The notes under the pieces are model-generated. The model worked only from the letters and a program-made list of their open reading frames with translations. It made no database searches and was not told the origin of the DNA. The position numbers and the translations under genes were made by a program. Shown piece by piece: positions 35,795 to 45,461 of a DNA stretch of 64,000 nt (positions are counted from its first letter, which is position 1; each line of letters starts with the position of its first letter). The stretch lies in NCBI GenBank assembly GCA_965279525.1, contig CBDIIB010000004.1, positions 32,001 to 96,000 on the forward strand, written 5' to 3'. This DNA is from Tagaea sp. (GTDB lineage: Bacteria; Pseudomonadota; Alphaproteobacteria; CACIAM-22H2).

Positions 35795-36882
35795 AGGTAA
35801 AGCTCCAGGAAGCGGCGGATGTCGGGTGCCCAGATATGCTGGGCGTTGCTTTCGAACAGATGACCCTCCCATGGCAGGAAGCCATAGGGCGGGTAGATCT
35901 TCGACCAGACGATGCGGCCGTTGCCGGCCAGCGATGCCGCCAGTTCCTTGGTCGGCCGGATGCTGTAGTCGTTCTCGGCCTGGATCAGGAAAAGCGGCAT
36001 CTTCACGCGGGATGCGGCACCAAGCATCAGCTCCCGCAGCTTTGGCGTGTTGTCCCAGTTCATGGCCGCACCGGCGAAGTCGATAGCGCAGGTGAAGCGG
36101 TCGGTCTTCGAGGCGGCGAGCAGCGTGGTGGTCCCGCCGAAGGACGAGCCGAACACGCCGACATGTTCGGCGCGGATCTCCGGCATAGCTGCAACGTAAT
36201 CGAGTGCGGCAAGAATGTCGGCACTTTCGCGATCGAGGCGCGTGGAGACCTGCTCGTCGTATTCGGGCGTGCCGAAAGGGGCGCTGGCTTCCTCGCGCCA
36301 GCCGGGGCCGGGCGAATTCCCGTAGCCGCGCCGGTGCGGCAGGAACGACGCGATGCCCCACGACATCAGCAGGGCCGCCCCTTCAGGCCGGCTCACGTCG
36401 AGCGAGCCCTGCTGGATGCCGCTGCCATGATTGCGGATCAGGCAAGGAAAGGGGCCGGCGCCGGGCGGAAGGTAGAGATAGCCCGCAAGCTCGCGCCCGT
36501 CGGACATGAATTTCACCTCGCGCGGCACGATGGGCAGGCCGTGCAGTTCGACCGGCCGGATGCCGTTTGCAAGCGGTGCGTCGTCCTCGACGACGACCAC
36601 ACGGTCGAACGCGTCGATATTCGTACCCATTTCCTTGCGGACCGCCTCGAACGCCGGGCTTGCCGCGCGCGCGACCAGATCGACGTCGTGGCTGGCCTTG
36701 TCCGGAAAATCGCACTCCCACGTCACGTCCGGTACGCGGCCGGTGCTGCCTTCGGCGCGCACGAAGACGCGCCCGGAACGCAGGCCGATGGACAGGCGAA
36801 CCGCGCAGGCCCGCCGGCGGGTCGCGAGGACGGCTTCTGCGCGCCCGGGTTTGGCGAAATAGTGCGTGCGTTCGATCAGCAT
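35791..36882 (-). CDS. NIPSNAP-like domain fused to alpha/beta hydrolase
   Basis: N-term ERTHYFAKPG..VTWEC; C-term NHGSG, GSSFGG nucleophile elbow, END, EGH. Confidence 0.75.
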   Translation of the reverse strand: MLIERTHYFAKPGRAEAVLATRRRACAVRLSIGLRSGRVFVRAEGSTGRVPDVTWECDFPDKASHDVDLVARAASPAFEAVRKEMGTNIDAFDRVVVVEDDAPLANGIRPVELHGLPIVPREVKFMSDGRELAGYLYLPPGAGPFPCLIRNHGSGIQQGSLDVSRPEGAALLMSWGIASFLPHRRGYGNSPGPGWREEASAPFGTPEYDEQVSTRLDRESADILAALDYVAAMPEIRAEHVGVFGSSFGGTTTLLAASKTDRFTCAIDFAGAAMNWDNTPKLRELMLGAASRVKMPLFLIQAENDYSIRPTKELAASLAGNGRIVWSKIYPPYGFLPWEGHLFESNAQHIWAPDIRRFLELYL

Positions 36883-36892
36883 CGGGTTTCCA

Positions 36893-37827
36893 TCAGTTCG
36901 GGAAATGGCAGCGGACGAGATGGCTGGCGCGGCGTTCGGCAAGGATCGGATCCTCGACCCGGCAGCGCGCCTGCGCCTTGGGACAGCGCGGATGGAAATG
37001 GCATCCGGTCGGCCGGTCCCGCGCGCTCGGAATCTCGCCGGCAAGCGGCGGCGGCGCAATGGAATCCGCCGTCGGTTCGGGGACGGCCGCGATCAGCGCC
37101 TGCGTATAGGGGTGGGCGGGCCGCTCGAAGATGTCGGCTTCGCTGCCAAGCTCGACGATGCGGCCCAGATACATCACGGCAACCCGGTCGCCGACATGCC
37201 GGACGGCGCCCAGATTGTGCGAGATGAACAGCATGCTCAATCCGAAGCGCGCACGCAGGTCGCGCAGCAGGTTCAGCACCTGGGCCTGGACGGACACGTC
37301 GAGCGCCGACGTCGCCTCGTCGCAGACGACGATGCGCGGATTGGAGGCAAGGGCACGCGCGATCGCGATGCGCTGGCGCTGGCCGCCCGAGAAAGCATGG
37401 GGATAGCGTTCGCCGGCATCCGCCGGCATGCCGACGACCGATAGCATCTCGCCGACCCGCTGAGCGCGCGCCCCGGCGTCGACACCTGCCGCGCGCATCG
37501 GCTCGGCAACAATGTCGCGAACGCGCATGCGGGGATTGAGCGAGGAAACCGGATCCTGGAACACGGCCTGGATCTGGCGGCGCAGCGGGCGCATGCGCGA
37601 TTCGTCGAGGTCGGTGACATCCTGCCCCGCGATCTCGATGCGGCCGGCGGTGGCGGGCAGGAGCTTGAGGATCATGCGGGCAAGCGTGCTCTTGCCGCAG
37701 CCGGACTCGCCGACCACGCCCAGGGTCTCTCCTTCGGCCAGCGTGAAGCTGACGTCCTCGACGGCGACAAGCGGGCGCGCGCCGCCGCCGAACGTGCGGC
37801 CGAGGCCGCTGACCTTCAGCACGTCGC

Positions 37828-37831
<4 letters not shown>
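36893..37831 (-). CDS. Oligopeptide ABC ATPase (OppF type)
   Basis: GESGCGKST, FSGGQRQR, HPYT, GCHFHPRCP. Confidence 0.93.
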
Positions 37832-38823
<992 letters not shown>

Positions 38824-39696
38824 CTAGCGCCCCTGCAGCTTGGGATCGAGCGCGTCGCGCAGGCCGTCGCCCAGAAGATTGAACCCGATGATCGTCGTGC
38901 CGAGCGCCAGGCTGCCGAACAGCGCGAGATAGGGGTCCGTCCGCAGGGCGGGCAGGCCGTCGCGGATCATGCCGCCCCAGCTTGCCTGCGGCTCCTGGAT
39001 GCCGAGGCCGAGGAAGGAGAGTGTGGCCTCCGCCATGATGATGAAGCCCACGCCGACCGACGCGCGCACCAGCAGCGGTGCCGCGATGTTGGGCAGGAGA
39101 TGGCGCCAGAAGATCATCGCCGTCGAAGTACCTGCGACGATGGCGGCGTCGATATAGAGTTCCTCGCGGATCACGAGCACGAACGAGCGCGTCAGGCGCG
39201 TGATGCCGGGCCACCAGACGAGGGCAAGGGAGACGACGACGGTCAGCGGGCCTGTTCCCATCACGGAAGCGACGAGGATCGCGATGACGACCTCCGGGAA
39301 GGCGAGCATGATGTCGACGATCCGCATCAGGATCGAATCCGTGCGCCCGCCGACATAGCCCGCGAGCATGCCCAGGGTCGTTCCAACGGCGAGCGTGATC
39401 GCGAGAACCGCGCCTGCGACGAGCAGCGAAGTCTGCGCGCCGGCGATCAGGCGGCTGAGGATGTCGCGTCCCAGCTTGTCCGTTCCCAGAAGATTCGGGC
39501 TTCCGGGCAGGGCCCACGTATTGAAAAGGTCGGTCTCGTCCGGCGGATGCGGCGTCAGCAACGGCGCCAGCAGGGCGATCGCGACGACGAATGCGACGAT
39601 GGTGCCGCCGATGACCACGTTGCGCTGGCGGGCAAGCCGGCGTGCCAGCCGGCGCCAGTCGAGGCCCGCGGCAGGCGCCGTGGTGGCCGAACTCAT
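38824..39696 (-). CDS. Oligopeptide ABC permease (OppC type)
   Basis: LGTDKLGRD, EATLSFLGLG, GDGLRDALDP. Confidence 0.93.
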   Translation of the reverse strand: MSSATTAPAAGLDWRRLARRLARQRNVVIGGTIVAFVVAIALLAPLLTPHPPDETDLFNTWALPGSPNLLGTDKLGRDILSRLIAGAQTSLLVAGAVLAITLAVGTTLGMLAGYVGGRTDSILMRIVDIMLAFPEVVIAILVASVMGTGPLTVVVSLALVWWPGITRLTRSFVLVIREELYIDAAIVAGTSTAMIFWRHLLPNIAAPLLVRASVGVGFIIMAEATLSFLGLGIQEPQASWGGMIRDGLPALRTDPYLALFGSLALGTTIIGFNLLGDGLRDALDPKLQGR

Positions 39697-40631
39697 GCCT
39701 GCACCATGCGCTGGCGGATGCGCGGATCGATGATCGCGTAGGCGACATCGACCAGCAGGTTGATCAGCACGAAGAAAGCCGTGAACAGCATGACGATGGC
39801 CATCGCGACGGGATAGTCGCGTGCGAATACCGAATCGATCGCCATCCGGCCAAGGCCCGGAATGTTGAATATCGTCTCGACGACGAATGTTCCGCTGATG
39901 AGTCCGCCGAAGATGATGCCCATCGAGGTCAGCAGCGGGACCATGATGTTGCGCAACGCATGGCGCAGGATCACGACCGGTTCGCTCAAGCCCTTCGCCC
40001 GGGCCGTGCGGATGTAATCCTGCCCGAGCACTTCCAGCATGAACGTGCGGGTGAGGCGGGCGATATAGGCCGCACTCGGGATGGTCAGGATCAGGACCGG
40101 CAGCACGGCCTGGTCGAGACGGCCCCAACCGGCGACCGGCAGCACGCCGAGCTTGATCGCGAACGCATAGACGAGAAACGTCGCGACGGCGAAATTCGGG
40201 ATCGACAGGCCGGCAACGAGCACGAGGATGATCGCCGTGTCGGTCGCCGTGTTGCGCCGGATCGCCGCGATCACGCCGGCAAGCGTGCCGACGGAGGCGC
40301 CGAGGCCGAGTGCGGCCATCGCCAGGAGCGGGCTGATCTTCAGCCCGTCCTGCAGCACTTCGACGACGGGGATCCGGACATAGCGGTACGACATGCCGAA
40401 ATCGCCGGTCAGGATGCCGCCGACATAGACGGCAAACTGCTCCCACATCGGCCGGTCGAGGCCGTATTCGGCACGCAGCCGGGCGGCCATCTCCTCGTTC
40501 GAGGAGTGGTCGCCCAGCATCACCATGACGGGATCGCCCGGCAGCGCGTAGGTGGCAAGAAACGTCGCGACGAGCACCACCGCAAGCACCGGCACGATCA
40601 TGACCAGCCGCCAGACGACGAACCGCAGCAT
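39693..40631 (-). CDS. Oligopeptide ABC permease (OppB type)
   Basis: PGDP, DYIRTARAKGL, ETIFNIPGLG. Confidence 0.93.
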   Translation of the reverse strand: MLRFVVWRLVMIVPVLAVVLVATFLATYALPGDPVMVMLGDHSSNEEMAARLRAEYGLDRPMWEQFAVYVGGILTGDFGMSYRYVRIPVVEVLQDGLKISPLLAMAALGLGASVGTLAGVIAAIRRNTATDTAIILVLVAGLSIPNFAVATFLVYAFAIKLGVLPVAGWGRLDQAVLPVLILTIPSAAYIARLTRTFMLEVLGQDYIRTARAKGLSEPVVILRHALRNIMVPLLTSMGIIFGGLISGTFVVETIFNIPGLGRMAIDSVFARDYPVAMAIVMLFTAFFVLINLLVDVAYAIIDPRIRQRMVQA

Positions 40632-40646
40632 GTGCGGGTTACGCCT

Positions 40647-42191
40647 TTACTTGATCTCCGTCGTTATGAAGCGGTCGAAGCCGAAGGGCGTGATGGAAGC
40701 GTTCGTCACGTTGGGCTTGATGAGCGCTACGTTCGCGGGCATGGGAAGGGGGGCCGCACCCATGTCTTCGATATAGACCAACTCGGCCTGCCGGTAGAGC
40801 GCGAAGCGCTTCGGGTTGTCGACGGTGCCGACGGCTTCGTCGATCAGCGCATCATACTTGGCATTGCTCCAGCGTCCCCGGTTATACGGGCTCTTCGAGT
40901 GCCACATCTGCTGGAGATAGTACATCGCGTCCGGATAGCCCGACGTCCAGCCCCAGGGGAAGAACGCGATCTCGCCGGCGTTCATCCCGCGGATGAAGGT
41001 GGCGCGCTCCGCGACGTTGACGTTCACCTGCATGCCCAGCGTGCGGTTCAGCTCGTTGGCATAGTAGGTGAGCTCGTCCTTGAAGACGGCCGTGCAGGTG
41101 ATGTCGATCGGCGGCAGCCCCCGGCCGCCCGGATAGCCTGCTTCGGCAAGCAGCTTCTTGGCACCTTCTGGATCGTATTTCGGCTTGGGCAGGTCGGCGA
41201 AATAGCCGGCCACGCCCGGCGTCGTGACGCCGTGGAGCTGGAAGGCGGCGTTGTCGTAGAAGCCGCGGATCATCGCGTCGCGGTTGATCGCCATCGAGAT
41301 CGCCTCGCGCACGCGCTTGTCCTTGAACGGCGCGTAGACGTTGGCGTTCATGCCGAGATAGCGCGACTGCGCGCGCGGCACGACATGGCGCTCTTTCTGC
41401 TTGCTGGCGTCGCGCATCACGCGACGCAACGTGTTCTCCTGCACGTCGAGAAAGTCCAGCTCGCCGGCTTCGTACTGCGACAGTGCCGTGTCGCCGCTGG
41501 GGATGACGAGGAAGCGGATGCCGTCGATCTTGGGCGAACCGGCCCAGTACGCCTTGTTCGCCTCGATCTCGACATGCACGCCGCGGCGCCATTCCTTGAA
41601 CTTGTAGGGGCCGGTGCCGGCCGAGACGCTACGGACCCAATCCACGCCCTTTTCAGCGACGATGCCGGAATCCATGAACCAGATCGGATAGATCGGGAAC
41701 AGCACGTCGGGCTTCGTGAAGCGCACTTCGATCGTGTGGTCGTCGACGATCTTGATTCCGGTAAGCTCCTTGGTCGTCCCGGCCTTGACGGCCGCAACAC
41801 CGATGATGTTGGCGACGTAGCCGGCTCCGAGGCCCGCCTTGGTATCGGGGGCGGCGAGCTGCTCCATCGTGTACTTCACGTCCTTGGCCGTGAAGGCCCG
41901 GCCGCTGTGGAACTTGACGTTCTTGCGCAGATTAAAGCGGAACCCGTGTTCGCCCGGCAGGGCGGTCCAGGATTCGGCAAGCACGTTGATGATCTTGCCG
42001 TCCGGCGTGTAGTCCGTGAAACCTTCGTAGACATTGCGGATGACGCGGCCGGCGATGATCTCGGAATAGGTGATCGGATCCATCATGGCCGGATCGCCGG
42101 TGACGTTGATCCGGAGCGTCTTCGCGTCGACCGGGGTGGTCAGTGCCAGGGCCGCCAGCATGACGGCAAACGCGCTGCTGATGTACTTCAT
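40647..42191 (-). CDS. ABC substrate-binding protein, family 5 (OppA-like)
   Basis: Signal peptide, LRKNVKFHSG, GTGPYKF; AAGGAG RBS favours MKYIS start. Confidence 0.92.
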   Translation of the reverse strand: MKYISSAFAVMLAALALTTPVDAKTLRINVTGDPAMMDPITYSEIIAGRVIRNVYEGFTDYTPDGKIINVLAESWTALPGEHGFRFNLRKNVKFHSGRAFTAKDVKYTMEQLAAPDTKAGLGAGYVANIIGVAAVKAGTTKELTGIKIVDDHTIEVRFTKPDVLFPIYPIWFMDSGIVAEKGVDWVRSVSAGTGPYKFKEWRRGVHVEIEANKAYWAGSPKIDGIRFLVIPSGDTALSQYEAGELDFLDVQENTLRRVMRDASKQKERHVVPRAQSRYLGMNANVYAPFKDKRVREAISMAINRDAMIRGFYDNAAFQLHGVTTPGVAGYFADLPKPKYDPEGAKKLLAEAGYPGGRGLPPIDITCTAVFKDELTYYANELNRTLGMQVNVNVAERATFIRGMNAGEIAFFPWGWTSGYPDAMYYLQQMWHSKSPYNRGRWSNAKYDALIDEAVGTVDNPKRFALYRQAELVYIEDMGAAPLPMPANVALIKPNVTNASITPFGFDRFITTEIK

Positions 42192-42288
42192 CGCCATTCT
42201 CCTTGCGCGTCCGGCACGGGGGCGCCGGAAACTCGTTAAGCGCAAATACTGCGTCCTATTGTGCGGTGCGTCAACGCGCTCCTGAAGG

Positions 42289-43302
42289 TTACGGAGCGAC
42301 GATCACCTTGCCAAAAACCCCCCGTTCGTCGAGGAGCCGCATCGCATCTCCGGCGCGCTCCAGGGGGAAGCGCTCGGGGTGAAGGACGGGCGTCAGGCTC
42401 CCGTCCTTGACCATTTCCAGAAGGGCAAGCACGTCGGCGCGGCCCCAGCCGTTCGATCCGACGATATTGAGCTCGAACGTCCAGATGAAGCGGATATCCT
42501 CGGGCGGATCGTAGCCGGCTGTGGCACCGCACGTCAGCATGCGGCCGTCGCGGCGCAGTACGCGGAGCGCCTTGGTCCAGGTCTCGCCGCCGGTGAAATT
42601 GACGACCACGTCGACGCCGCCTTCGTCGCGCCGGGACGTCCGCGCGCGGCCAAACAGCCGGTGGCACTCCGCTACCCAATCCGCCGTCGCATAGTTGATC
42701 GCGACATCGGCACCCAGGGCACGCAGATGGTCGAGCTTCGCATCGCTGGAGGCGCAAGCCACCACGCGTGCGCCGGCGCGGCGGGCCAGCTGCACGCAGC
42801 AGGTTCCCACGCCGCCCGAAGCGCCCAGGATCAGGATGGTCTCGCCGGCGCGCAGTTTTCCGCGCTCCAGCACCATGCGATGCGCGGTGCCATAGGCCGT
42901 GGGCAGGGCGGCCGCCTCGGCATAGCCGATCGCCGGATCGAGCGGAATGCACATGTGCGCCGGGACGCGGACGAGTTCGGCAAGGCCGCCATCGAAGGTC
43001 TCGCCCATGAAGCCGCGCCCGACGCGGTCGATCGGGTCGACCAGCACCCGGTCGCCCGGACGCAGGTCGGTGACGTCGCTGCCGACGGCGGCAATGTCGC
43101 CGGCCGCGTCAATCCCCATAATGAGCGGAAAGGGGATCTTGATCCCGGGCATGCCCTTGCGCGAGAAGACGTCGTGGTAGTTGAGCGCGCACGCGCGCAC
43201 GCGCACGATTACGTCGCCGGGACCGGGCTGTGGATCGCGGTAGCTTGCCTCGAATGTCAGCTTCTCGAGGCCACCATGTTCGCGGATGACGACGGCACGC
43301 AT
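42289..43302 (-). CDS. MDR-family (zinc-binding type) dehydrogenase/quinone oxidoreductase
   Basis: ALNYHD, GASGGVG, FGKVIV. Confidence 0.9.
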   Translation of the reverse strand: MRAVVIREHGGLEKLTFEASYRDPQPGPGDVIVRVRACALNYHDVFSRKGMPGIKIPFPLIMGIDAAGDIAAVGSDVTDLRPGDRVLVDPIDRVGRGFMGETFDGGLAELVRVPAHMCIPLDPAIGYAEAAALPTAYGTAHRMVLERGKLRAGETILILGASGGVGTCCVQLARRAGARVVACASSDAKLDHLRALGADVAINYATADWVAECHRLFGRARTSRRDEGGVDVVVNFTGGETWTKALRVLRRDGRMLTCGATAGYDPPEDIRFIWTFELNIVGSNGWGRADVLALLEMVKDGSLTPVLHPERFPLERAGDAMRLLDERGVFGKVIVAP

Positions 43303-43315
43303 CGGCTCTCCTTAT

Positions 43316-43945
43316 CTAGGGGCTGGTGAGAACCAGCTTGCCACGCGGCGTCTCCAGTTCGGCAAGGAAACCGGCCGTGAGCGCCCGCTCGACGCGGACC
43401 GGAACGCCCAGCGCGCCGTAGATCGCCTCCAGCCGTTCGCGATCGGGATGGAGGGCGACGAAGTTCAGCAGCCGGAGGCCGCGCGGCGTCGAGCCGGACG
43501 GGTGCGGGGAGTTGCCCCAGTCGATCGCGAACGGGACCGAGTCGCCGAAGGCCTCGTCGCCGAAATAGAGGATCGACCAGTCGAGCCGAACGCCGTCGGC
43601 CCGCGTGCGGCCCATCGAGACCGGCCCGCGGATCGGGATGCCGGCCGATTCCGCCGCAAGGCGCATCGCCGCGAGATCGTCGCTGCGCACGGAGAAGGCG
43701 GTCAGTCCCGGGCGTGGCTGGGCCGCGATGCGTGCGCCGCGCGTTCCGGCGAGATCCTGTGCGGGATCCGGCGCGATGATCTCGAAATAAAGGCCGTTGC
43801 CGAGCGACAGCAGGCTGTTGCGCGTGCCGAAGCCCGCATGCACGCCGCCGCGCGCCGGTTTCACGCCGGACAGCACCGTGAAAAGCCGCTCGCCGGCTTC
43901 GAGATCGGGTGCCCCCCAGAGAATGTGATCGAGTTCCACCGTCAT
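43316..43945 (-). CDS. VOC/glyoxalase-like protein
   Basis: LDHILW, GGVHAGFGTRN, YFEIIAPDP, PFAIDW. Confidence 0.9.
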   Translation of the reverse strand: MTVELDHILWGAPDLEAGERLFTVLSGVKPARGGVHAGFGTRNSLLSLGNGLYFEIIAPDPAQDLAGTRGARIAAQPRPGLTAFSVRSDDLAAMRLAAESAGIPIRGPVSMGRTRADGVRLDWSILYFGDEAFGDSVPFAIDWGNSPHPSGSTPRGLRLLNFVALHPDRERLEAIYGALGVPVRVERALTAGFLAELETPRGKLVLTSP

Positions 43946-43957
43946 CCGCGTTTTCCT

Positions 43958-44383
43958 TCAGGTCTTGCTGAGATAGACGCCGCGCCCGCTTGCGACAAGC
44001 GCCCCGGCCTCGTCGTGGATGCGTGCCTCGGCCGTGCATAGCGTACGCCCGAGCTTGAGGACGCAGGCCTTTGCCAGAAGCGGGCCAGGCATGGCCGGCC
44101 GATGGAAGTCGACGCGCATGTCGACCGTCGGTAGGCCATGGCCGAGATGCGCCGCGATCGCATAGTCGCCGGCGATGTCGACGAGCGCGCCGAGGATGCC
44201 GCCATGCGTGTATCCGATCCCGGCGACGGAAACGAACTCGGGCCGCCAGGGCATCAGCAATTCGACTCCTTCCTTTGACAATGCGTGAAGGCGCACACCA
44301 AGCCATTGGTGAAACGGAGATCGGCGCACCATTTCGTCGAGCGCCCCGAATGCGATCGGGGGATTGTCGGCCGAGGCGGTCAT
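43958..44383 (-). CDS. PaaI-family thioesterase
   Basis: HGGILGALVD, PTVDMRVDFHRP. Confidence 0.92.
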   Translation of the reverse strand: MTASADNPPIAFGALDEMVRRSPFHQWLGVRLHALSKEGVELLMPWRPEFVSVAGIGYTHGGILGALVDIAGDYAIAAHLGHGLPTVDMRVDFHRPAMPGPLLAKACVLKLGRTLCTAEARIHDEAGALVASGRGVYLSKT

Positions 44384-44513
44384 TCCAGTCGCAAGGCCAT
44401 AGTGGCGCTACCTGTCCGCTGACATTCAGGTGGATGGAGGGAGAGAGCTTCCCCCCGTTCCGGGTGGCTTTCAATAACTTAAGCGCTTCGGCGCCTCCGT
44501 CGTCGACCTAGCC

Positions 44514-44726
44514 GACACGCCCCGCCCGACGCCGCCGATCGGGCAGCGCCCGCACGCCAGCCCCCATCACAATCTCGTGCACGCCGTTCAGGGCGTCGAC
44601 GTCGATCTTAAGGTTGCCGATGGAAGAATCGTTGCCTGTGGCGGAAAGCTCGTGACGGCCGACATTCGCGAACTGATCGCCGGAGTACATTCGATAGTGC
44701 CGGGTCTTCTGTCGCTCAGACCGTAA
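44514..44726 (+). pseudogene. C-terminal remnant of a metal-dependent amidohydrolase
   Basis: DTPRPTP...HHNLVHAVQGVDVDLKVADGRIVACGGKLVTAD...*; no upstream part. Confidence 0.55.
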
Positions 44727-44765
44727 AAAATCCCACTGCCTGGCAACCGGCGCGGGCTTTGTCGT

Positions 44766-45461
44766 TCAGGTGCCCACCATGAATCTGTAGCCCACACCGG
44801 GCTCCGTCAGGATGAAGCGTGGCGCGGCAGGATCGTCGCCTAGCTTCTCGCGAAGCTGCCGTACGTAGACCCGCAGGTACTGCGTATCGGCGACGTGCGC
44901 CGGCCCCCACACGCGCTCAAGGACCATCCGGTGTGTCAGGACCTTGCCACCCGCCTGGGCAAGCAACTTCAGCAGATCGTATTCCTTCGGCGTGAGCTTG
45001 ACGTCCTCGCCCGCCAGCCGGACGCGACGCTGAACGAGATCGATTTCGAGGTCGCCGCTGCGGATGACGGGTTCCGAACCGGATTCCTGCAGTCGATGGC
45101 GCAGGGCAGTCCGCAGGCGTGCGAGCAGTTCAGGCATGCCGAAAGGTTTTGTCACATAGTCGTCCGCTCCCTCGTCGAGGGCCCCGACTTTCTCGTCCTC
45201 GCCGGCACGCACCGACAGCACGATGACCGGTACGGCGGAGAACTCGCGGATACGCGTCAATGCCGTGTGCCCGTCTTCGTCCGGTAGGCCGAGGTCGAGG
45301 AGTACGGCATCCGGCTTCTCGCGCGCGACGGCGGCAATGCCTTCGCGGGCGGTCGCCGCCTCGATCACGGTGTCGCCCTCGGCCTCCAGCGCCACGCGCA
45401 ACAGCTTTCGCAGCTGCGGCTCGTCGTCGATGACCAGGACGCGGCGCTTGGGTGCGTTCAT
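44766..45461 (-). CDS. kdpE: Response regulator KdpE
   Basis: REC plus OmpR wHTH, TQYLRVYVRQLR; follows kdpD. Confidence 0.95.
   Translation of the reverse strand: MNAPKRRVLVIDDEPQLRKLLRVALEAEGDTVIEAATAREGIAAVAREKPDAVLLDLGLPDEDGHTALTRIREFSAVPVIVLSVRAGEDEKVGALDEGADDYVTKPFGMPELLARLRTALRHRLQESGSEPVIRSGDLEIDLVQRRVRLAGEDVKLTPKEYDLLKLLAQAGGKVLTHRMVLERVWGPAHVADTQYLRVYVRQLREKLGDDPAAPRFILTEPGVGYRFMVGT

Noticed and set aside
39642-42239. Long 865-aa plus-strand ORF (also 58376-60232 minus, 35836-37227 plus and 4501-5829 plus)
   Set aside because: Antisense shadows of well-supported genes in high-GC DNA, with no motifs.
44430-44460. Possible reversed tRNA 3'-end remnant (GGAGGGAGAGAGCTTCCCCCC)
   Set aside because: No TTCGA T-loop or CCA register; too weak to call.
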